Assembly: GCA_046533775.1 (NCBI GenBank)
Contig: JAWDOO010000012.1
Span: 1-13,648, forward strand
DNA length: 13,648 bases
Reading direction: 5' to 3'
Origin: Candidatus Nanopusillus sp.
Lineage (GTDB): Archaea; Nanobdellota; Nanobdellia; Nanobdellales; Nanobdellaceae
Shown here: positions 9,221 through 13,648 of the stretch, piece after piece
Layout of the letters: each line of letters begins with the position of its first letter
Numbering within the stretch: the stretch's first letter is position 1
Notes under the pieces: model-generated
The model's database searches: none
The model's input: only the letters and a program-made list of their open reading frames with translations
What the model was told of the DNA's origin: nothing
Program-made: the position numbers and the translations under genes

Positions 9221-9478
9221 ATGCCATATAATATTGAATATGAATTTAAGATTCCAAAATATATAATAGAAGGGGTTTTAGATGAATATAATTCTGAAAA
9301 TTTGCATAAGAATGCAGATATTATGATAAAAAGATTAATAATGGATTATATATTAAATAAATATCCAGATCTATTTGATATAGATGATAAAAAATATGAA
9401 GAGATTATAAAAAATATGAAAATCGAAGACAGGGGAAATAAATATATCTATGTTTATATATATGTAGATCAAAATTAA
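9221..9478 (+). CDS. Hypothetical small protein (85 aa from the first ATG; the ORF track extends it to a TTG at 9164)
   Basis: Open frame ending at 9478. The first ATG is at 9221 (MPYNIEYEF...). The 9164 start is TTG with no supporting signal. Acidic, K/E/Y-rich, no recognisable domain. Confidence 0.55.
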   Translation: MPYNIEYEFKIPKYIIEGVLDEYNSENLHKNADIMIKRLIMDYILNKYPDLFDIDDKKYEEIIKNMKIEDRGNKYIYVYIYVDQN

Positions 9479-9482
9479 TTTT

Positions 9483-9899
9483 ATGGATATATCAAAGATA
9501 CCAAAATTTGTAATCTGGGTTGGTGTAGCAGCTTTTATATTGGTTGTGCTATATGCAATATATATATATTATGTAACATCCTATTTACCTCCATATTTGG
9601 AATATTTTACATATAGCTGTCAATATGCAAATGGAACATCTCTTATTATAATTACTGCAAAACAAAATTTGGAAAATGTAACAGTATATAATTTCTATGA
9701 AAATTCATCATGCAATTTAGGAAATATAAATTATGGATCTATGAATGCATGTAGTATAAATAATAATATTATTATAATAAATCCATATGTAAGAGTATAC
9801 TATACTGTAAATGGTAATCAATATGAAGCTATTTTACCATGTCAAATAGTTGAAAGTGGTGGTATATTAAGTGGACTTTTCTCTTTATTTAGTCATTAA
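9483..9899 (+). CDS. Small membrane-anchored/secreted Cys-containing protein (138 aa)
   Basis: N-terminal hydrophobic helix FVIWVGVAAFILVVLYAIYIYYV. The remainder has four Cys and three N-X-S/T sequons (NGT, NVT, NSS). Its stop codon (9897..9899) lies inside copy 1 of the array core repeat. Confidence 0.7.
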   Translation: MDISKIPKFVIWVGVAAFILVVLYAIYIYYVTSYLPPYLEYFTYSCQYANGTSLIIITAKQNLENVTVYNFYENSSCNLGNINYGSMNACSINNNIIIINPYVRVYYTVNGNQYEAILPCQIVESGGILSGLFSLFSH

Positions 9900-9920
9900 A
9901 TAAAAATTAAATAAATAAAG
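9895..9920 (-). repeat. Array core repeat, copy 1 (ATTAAATAAAA tandem; T-rich on the minus strand)
   Basis: attaaataaaaattaaataaataaag. Same element at 10835, 11686, 12390 and 13441. It marks the distal boundary of the array. Confidence 0.85.
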
Positions 9921-9922
9921 AT

Positions 9923-9940
9923 CTTATATTTTTATATAAG
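9923..9940. terminator. Perfect 7-bp hairpin (CTTATAT-TTTT-ATATAAG) flanked by T/A runs; likely bidirectional terminator for convergent genes
   Basis: Inverted repeat read directly from the sequence. It is followed on the plus strand by TATTTTTTAT and on the minus strand by the T-rich core. A 6-7 bp version recurs at 11714..11731 downstream of paralogue C. Confidence 0.45.
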
Positions 9941-9969
9941 AACTCTCTATTTTTTATATAACAATTTAT

Positions 9970-10086
9970 CTAATAATTTTTTAACTGCATATATTCTTCA
10001 AATCTTTCTCTATATCTTTCAGGATTTCCAATTAGATATCTTATAGCTGCTTTAATTGCTTTACTCAATTCTAGCCAGGAGTGAGC
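9970..10086 (-). pseudogene. Fossil 3' end of a C-type paralogue (last ~34 codons), out of frame with and directly abutting paralogue A
   Basis: 9921..10056 aligns to 11712..11849 (3' end plus 3' flank of the 182-aa gene) at ~90% by hand. The -1 frame relative to gene A reads AHSWLELSKAIKAAIRYLIGNPERYRERFEEYMQLKNY*, against gene C ...DIKAAIKYLIEDPEKHREKFEEYMQVNKLLDKLLY*. It has no start codon of its own, is bounded upstream by TGA, and two 1-nt indels alter the tail. Confidence 0.8.
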
Positions 10087-10730
10087 TCACATAATTCTCT
10101 AATAAAGGTTTCTAAATTGTCTAATTTCATTAGTTGCATATACTCATCAGGATTACTTAATAGACATTTTATATGGGAGTAAAGATAATTGTATGCAACA
10201 TTCTCTGGTACATACTCTTTAGTTTTCCAATTTAATCCTTGACCATTATAATCTTCAAGAGAGTTCCCTATTTGTTTTAGATAGGAATTAACTAATGAAA
10301 GAGATTTTCCAGAATATACATCCCAATATAATTTAGATAGTTTATTACGTACATTTATCTTCAATAGTAGTTCTAAACCTTTTTCTAAGTTTTGAATCTT
10401 CTGTTTGTAAGTATTATCATGTTCTGTATAAGGTATGTAAATTAGAATATAGTCTCCAATTGCTGAAAATAGTTGAATATAAAAACTATCTATGCTAGTT
10501 TCTTTTACCAATTTTTCTAATTTTGGTAAGACTTCTGGAGCTTTCTCTTTGGCTAGTTTATATAATCTTTCCAATTTTATTGAATATTCATACATCTTAA
10601 GAAATTCATCAAGAAATCCTGAATGTTCATTCTTATTAAGACTTTCTTCAGCTCTTTGTTTAGTCCATCTTATTCTCTTTTCTATTATCTTAGATTGGTT
10701 TTGATTTGAGGATGAGGATTTTCCTTCCAC
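10071..10730 (-). CDS. Array paralogue A (219 aa), uncharacterised all-alpha protein family
   Basis: Long ORF. The only available start is GTG at 10730..10728, because an in-frame stop lies 10 codons upstream. Shares the family motifs RLYKLAKEKAPEVLPKLEKLV, YKQKIQNLE and the C-terminal HIKCLLSNPDEYMQLMK. No signal peptide or TM segment. Confidence 0.8.
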   Translation of the reverse strand: MEGKSSSSNQNQSKIIEKRIRWTKQRAEESLNKNEHSGFLDEFLKMYEYSIKLERLYKLAKEKAPEVLPKLEKLVKETSIDSFYIQLFSAIGDYILIYIPYTEHDNTYKQKIQNLEKGLELLLKINVRNKLSKLYWDVYSGKSLSLVNSYLKQIGNSLEDYNGQGLNWKTKEYVPENVAYNYLYSHIKCLLSNPDEYMQLMKLDNLETFIRELCELTPG

Positions 10731-10753
10731 AAATAAATATATTATTGAAAATG

Positions 10754-10834
10754 ATTTTTAAATATATCGTTAATATCTATCATCAAATAGTAGTTATATC
10801 AATATCTTCTATAAAATATAGTTGTAAATTAGTT
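10754..10834 (-). repeat. Alpha-type 5' flank module, copy 1 (upstream of paralogue A)
   Basis: Together with the adjacent core, 10754..10860 aligns to 12309..12415 with 9 differences in ~108 columns (hand count, ~92%). Its gene-proximal end carries a TATA-like TTTAAAAAT on the minus strand ~25-33 nt from the GTG. Confidence 0.85.
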
Positions 10835-10859
10835 ATTAAATAAAAATTAAATAAAAAAG
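10835..10859 (-). repeat. Array core repeat, copy 2
   Basis: attaaataaaaattaaataaaaaag. It lies 16 nt downstream (minus sense) of the paralogue B stop. Confidence 0.85.
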
Positions 10860-10875
10860 ATTTTATCAAAAAGTC

Positions 10876-11553
10876 TTATGTATTTTGTTTTTCTGTTTTA
10901 CAGTTACAATATAATCTGCATACTGCTATATCAAGCCATCCTAATGGCTTCTTTCCTACATATTTCATAAATTGATCTTCAAGATCTTTAGGTTTCTCCA
11001 AATAATTAGATATAAAAGACTTAATAATTATAGCTGCATCTTCACGTGCTCTTTCTTCCCTTTGAGATGCAGTTTGATATATTTCTGCTATCTTTTCTAA
11101 TGATATTTCCTTTACTTTTTTATAGAGGTTATACAGACCCTTTATTACTTGTTCGTCTTCTAAAGTTTTCAAACTATCCATAAATTCTTTAATTCTTTCT
11201 GGTGTATATTCCAATAAAAGAGTGTCTGCAATACCTTTCATTAAGCTACTCTTAAAGGTATATTCTTCTATACACTGTTCGAGAGATCTTGGATCTATAG
11301 TTGAAAGATTTTTACATTCTCCAAATTTCTCTAGATTTCCTACTAATGTTAAGAATAATGATAAAGCTTGTGGCATATGTTCTGATATTGATGAGAATGT
11401 CCATCTTATTTCGTATAGATAAGATGAGTATGTTTTTATGACTTCCTCAAATTCTTTCATTTCATTATCTTCTTTTATTTTTTCATCTAGTGTTTTGACC
11501 ATAACCTGTATTATATTGAAGAAGTTTTTAAACTTATCGTTGTTTTTTACCAT
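10876..11553 (-). CDS. Array paralogue B (225 aa), same family, Cys-rich C-terminal tail
   Basis: Long ORF with an ATG start. Motifs YLYEI...HMPQALSLFLTLV, GNLEKFGECK and C-terminal AAIIIKSFISNYLEKPKDLEDQFMKYVG, followed by the tail WLDIAVCRLYCNCKTEKQNT. Confidence 0.85.
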   Translation of the reverse strand: MVKNNDKFKNFFNIIQVMVKTLDEKIKEDNEMKEFEEVIKTYSSYLYEIRWTFSSISEHMPQALSLFLTLVGNLEKFGECKNLSTIDPRSLEQCIEEYTFKSSLMKGIADTLLLEYTPERIKEFMDSLKTLEDEQVIKGLYNLYKKVKEISLEKIAEIYQTASQREERAREDAAIIIKSFISNYLEKPKDLEDQFMKYVGKKPLGWLDIAVCRLYCNCKTEKQNT

Positions 11554-11625
11554 AAAATAATAACTATATCTAATATACCTACATATTTTAATATCCTAAT
11601 TAAAAATATAAATAATGGTTGGACC

Positions 11626-11663
11626 ATGGATAAAAAATATACAACAAAAAGGTGGTATATTAA
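11626..11663. repeat. Beta box, copy 1 (upstream region of paralogue B)
   Basis: atggataaaaaatatacaacaaaaaggtggtatattaa aligns with 13381..13416 atggataaaaatatacaacaaaaattagtatattaa. Confidence 0.7.
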
Positions 11664-11685
11664 ATGAATTCATATATTTATTGTC

Positions 11686-11711
11686 ATTAAATAAAAGATT
11701 AAATAAAAAAG
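11686..11711 (-). repeat. Array core repeat, copy 3
   Basis: attaaataaaagattaaataaaaaag, with a one-base insertion between the two 11-mers. Confidence 0.85.
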
Positions 11712-11744
11712 ATTTTATATTTTTATATAAGAATTCCCTATTTT

Positions 11745-12293
11745 TTAATATAATAATTTATCTAATAATTTGTTAACTTGCATATATTCTTCAAACTTTT
11801 CTCTATGTTTTTCAGGATCTTCAATTAGATATTTTATAGCTGCTTTAATGTCTTCAGACGTTTCTTTATATATTTCTTCTAATGAATCATACTTACGTAT
11901 ATTCTTTTGCAATTTTTCTAAGAAAGTTATATATGTTGCATTAAATACTAATCTAGTCGATAAATGTAACATACTATACTCCAAATTATCTACTTTCTTT
12001 TTATAATCTGGTCCTGTAGGATTTATTTTTTCAATATATTCTCTAAAAGCTCTTATTATACTAGCTTTAAATATATCTGATTCTTCTCCTTTCTCGCATA
12101 GGTCACAACTATTTATTCTTCTTAATAGTAGTTCTAATGTTGTTTCAGCTTGTGGTGCTTTTTTTGATATTTCTTCATATAACTTTTTTACTTCTTCTAA
12201 ATAATTTTTATTATCAATTCTATATTCTTCATCTCTTTGGGCTCTTTCTAACATTTTTTCTAATTCTGATAGATATTCACCAGCCATAATCAA
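11745..12293 (-). CDS. Array paralogue C (182 aa), same family
   Basis: Long ORF (start MIMAGEY; the second ATG at 12287 is equally possible). Motifs KLYEEISKKAPQAETTLELLL, SCDLCEKGE, YKKKVDNLE and C-terminal IKAAIKYLIEDPEKHREKFEEYMQVNK. Confidence 0.85.
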   Translation of the reverse strand: MIMAGEYLSELEKMLERAQRDEEYRIDNKNYLEEVKKLYEEISKKAPQAETTLELLLRRINSCDLCEKGEESDIFKASIIRAFREYIEKINPTGPDYKKKVDNLEYSMLHLSTRLVFNATYITFLEKLQKNIRKYDSLEEIYKETSEDIKAAIKYLIEDPEKHREKFEEYMQVNKLLDKLLY

Positions 12294-12308
12294 TTTTTTA
12301 TTAGAAAA

Positions 12309-12389
12309 ATTTTTAATCTATCGTTAATATATATCATCAAATAGTAGCTATATTAATATCTCCTATAAAAATATAGTTGTAAATTAGTC
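12309..12389 (-). repeat. Alpha-type 5' flank module, copy 2 (upstream of paralogue C)
   Basis: See 10754..10834. ~92% identical including the conserved block atcgttaatat.tatcatcaaatagtag.tatat.aatatct.ctataaaa. Confidence 0.85.
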
Positions 12390-12414
12390 ATTAAATAAAA
12401 ACTAAATAAAAAAG
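12390..12414 (-). repeat. Array core repeat, copy 4
   Basis: attaaataaaaactaaataaaaaag. Confidence 0.85.
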
Positions 12415-12477
12415 AATTATATTAATTTATTTTATGAACTATTCCTAATATATTTAATTAATAAACTTTCTATCTTT

Positions 12478-13257
12478 TTAATAAATCCCTTTGAGATATT
12501 TAAGAAATATCCTTTCTATCTTTATATTAAATCCATTCGTATTCTTGCGGAAAAGTTCTTCTATAATATCTTCAATATATTTGGATGCCTTTTGATATGC
12601 TAAGTCGGTCCATTCTATTTGTTTCTGAATATAGTCCTGAATTGCATGAATATAATTTTGAACATCATTAGATGCTTTTAAACGTTTTATTTGTCCAATC
12701 ATTTTATCATTAATTGATGAGTTTTCAGGGGTGCTTAAGATATCGTCTAAGGCATAGTATTCTGTTAACATATAAGCTGCTAATAAGGTTTTATATACTT
12801 CGAGTTTTGATAGAGATCTTAAAACATATAGTATATTCATAATTTCTTTACCATAATTTAGTTGTGTAGTATATAATCCTTCAAGATGTTTATTAATAAT
12901 TCTTATTATATTAGTCTTAAAGTGATTTATATATGTATATTGATAAATAAGTGACCTTTTATGTGGATCATATGGATTTAAATAAGTTTCTTCTTTGCAT
13001 GAAACAGAGTTATCTATCTTTTTTAGTAATTCATCTAGAGTCTTTCCATATACTTCGTATAGTTTGTTGTGTAATTTTTGTAATTCTTTTTGATACTCTT
13101 CATATGAATTTTTTGCATACTCTACTAATTTTTCTCCATATTTTTTTACAAACTCTGTTCCCAATTCTTCTTCATATAAATTCGTCGGCGCTGTACTCAA
13201 TAATTTATATATCCAGAAATAAACCTCTGAATTTAAATTAATGAATTTATCTGACAT
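12478..13257 (-). CDS. Array paralogue D (259 aa), most divergent member of the family
   Basis: Long ORF with an ATG start. Retains KLYEVYGKTLDELLKKIDNSVSCKEE (compare C: KLYEEISKKAPQAETTLELLLRRINSCDLCEKGEE). The C-terminal motif is only weakly recognisable (IHAIQDYIQKQ). Its 3' flank is unique. Confidence 0.8.
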   Translation of the reverse strand: MSDKFINLNSEVYFWIYKLLSTAPTNLYEEELGTEFVKKYGEKLVEYAKNSYEEYQKELQKLHNKLYEVYGKTLDELLKKIDNSVSCKEETYLNPYDPHKRSLIYQYTYINHFKTNIIRIINKHLEGLYTTQLNYGKEIMNILYVLRSLSKLEVYKTLLAAYMLTEYYALDDILSTPENSSINDKMIGQIKRLKASNDVQNYIHAIQDYIQKQIEWTDLAYQKASKYIEDIIEELFRKNTNGFNIKIERIFLKYLKGIY

Positions 13258-13380
13258 ACTTAAATTATTGTTAAAAAAATTTTAAATTTATTGTTTATAC
13301 TGATCACAAAATAGTAACTATAGTAGATACATCCCACGTACTTTAATATTTAGCTTAGAATATATTGTAATGATTAAACT

Positions 13381-13416
13381 ATGGATAAAAATATACAACA
13401 AAAATTAGTATATTAA
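13381..13416. repeat. Beta box, copy 2 (upstream region of paralogue D)
   Basis: See 11626..11663. Confidence 0.7.
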
Positions 13417-13440
13417 GGAGATTTTTCTTCCCATTTGATT

Positions 13441-13464
13441 ATTAAATAAAAATTAAATAAAAAG
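13441..13464 (-). repeat. Array core repeat, copy 5
   Basis: attaaataaaaattaaataaaaag, with the A-run one base shorter than in copies 2-4. Confidence 0.85.
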
Positions 13465-13545
13465 ATTTTATTAAAAAGCCTTATGTATTTTGTTTTTCTG
13501 TTTTATAGTCACAATATAATTTATATGCTGCTATATCAATCTATC

Positions 13546-13648
13546 TTAATGTTTCATTCCTGCATATTTCATAAGTTGATCTTCATTATCTTTAGGATTT
13601 CTGAAATAATCCACTAGAAGATATCTAATACTTTCACCTGCACTTGCA
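13546..13648 (-). CDS. Array paralogue E (B-type), 3' end only; C-terminally truncated relative to B, possibly decaying
   Basis: The minus-strand frame open to the window edge reads ...ASAGESIRYLLVDYFRNPKDNEDQLMKYAGMKH*, against B ...IIIKSFISNYLEKPKDLEDQFMKYVGKKPLGW.... 13465..13610 aligns to 10860..11007 at ~87% (hand count). Not in the ORF track because it is cut by the window end. Confidence 0.55.
   Translation of the reverse strand, partial: ASAGESIRYLLVDYFRNPKDNEDQLMKYAGMKH

Noticed and set aside
10071-10090. Programmed -1 frameshift joining gene A to the downstream fossil
   Set aside because: The -1 frame has a TGA at 10089..10087. Only ~13 nt remain for a shift and they contain no slippery heptamer. 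Gene A already contains its own copy of the C-terminal motif.
11355-11420. Second C/D-box-like pattern on the plus strand (ATGATAA...CTGA-TAT-TGATGA...)
   Set aside because: The C box is imperfect, the first spacer is 17 nt, and no CUGA D box follows the 12-nt second spacer. It also lies antisense within paralogue B.
11626-11667. Plus-strand mini-ORF in the beta box (MDKKYTTKRWYIK*)
   Set aside because: The second copy at 13381 has a 1-nt indel that changes the frame and peptide (MDKNIQQKLVY*). Conservation is therefore at the nucleotide level, not the peptide level.
12880-12900. HEPN-like R-x4-H motif (RIINKH) in paralogue D
   Set aside because: It is present only in D and is not conserved at the equivalent position in A, B or C, so it is not a family-defining active site. 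Probably chance.
10492-13241. Plus-strand ORFs 10492..10704, 11222..11422, 11770..12006 and 12951..13241
   Set aside because: Each lies wholly antisense to one of the array paralogues A-D and is shorter than its host gene. They have no conserved features between them, whereas the minus-strand products share family motifs.
9895-13464. CRISPR array interpretation of the five 24-26 nt repeats
   Set aside because: The spacing is 700-1050 nt rather than ~30-45 nt. The spacers are full-length related protein genes with their own promoters. The repeat is pure A/T without the usual CRISPR repeat features, and no cas genes are in the window.
9895-13464. Integron-like gene cassettes with attC sites
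   Set aside because: I could find no GTTRRRY/RYYYAAC core pair or extended imperfect inverted repeat in the spacers. The cassettes are paralogues rather than unrelated genes, each appears to have its own promoter, and no integrase is visible.
10860-13610. Diversity-generating retroelement (template/variable repeat) explanation for the B vs E 3' ends
   Set aside because: Many mismatches put A in E where B has G. But other substitution types and indels also occur, E carries a stop and a frameshift, and no reverse transcriptase is in the window. AT-biased decay explains the pattern better.

Overview
Window from a very AT-rich (roughly one-quarter GC by eye) archaeal chromosome. A GC-rich tRNA, a protein-disulfide oxidoreductase and a C/D-box-like sRNA suggest a (hyper)thermophile. 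The genome is compact: short spacers, overlapping stop/start codons, no obvious Shine-Dalgarno motifs. This is reminiscent of small thermophilic archaeal genomes such as Nanoarchaeota-type, but that is only a guess. Positions 1-9900 are ordinary housekeeping: a pilin-like gene fragment, tRNA-Val(UAC), a thiol-redox cluster (TrxR-DUF59-small Cys protein, plus PDO), DUF763, a GAPN-type aldehyde dehydrogenase, exonuclease III, TatD, a HemK-like methyltransferase, the RFC small subunit and two small unknown genes. Positions ~9895-13648 (running off the window end) are the interesting part. They hold a head-to-tail minus-strand array of at least five divergent paralogues (219, 225, 182 and 259 aa, plus one partial) and one out-of-frame gene fossil. 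The family is all-alpha-looking, K/E/L/Y-rich, lacks a signal peptide, and matches no domain I recognise. Each gene is bounded by the same 24-26 nt core (tandem ATTAAATAAAA) and by longer 5' and 3' flank modules of a few types, combined mosaically. By hand alignment the flanks and the last ~100 nt of the genes are ~87-92% identical between copies, while the gene bodies cannot be aligned at nucleotide level. This inverted conservation pattern, the fossil and a decaying copy point to recombination-driven cassette turnover or diversification. Function is unknown.
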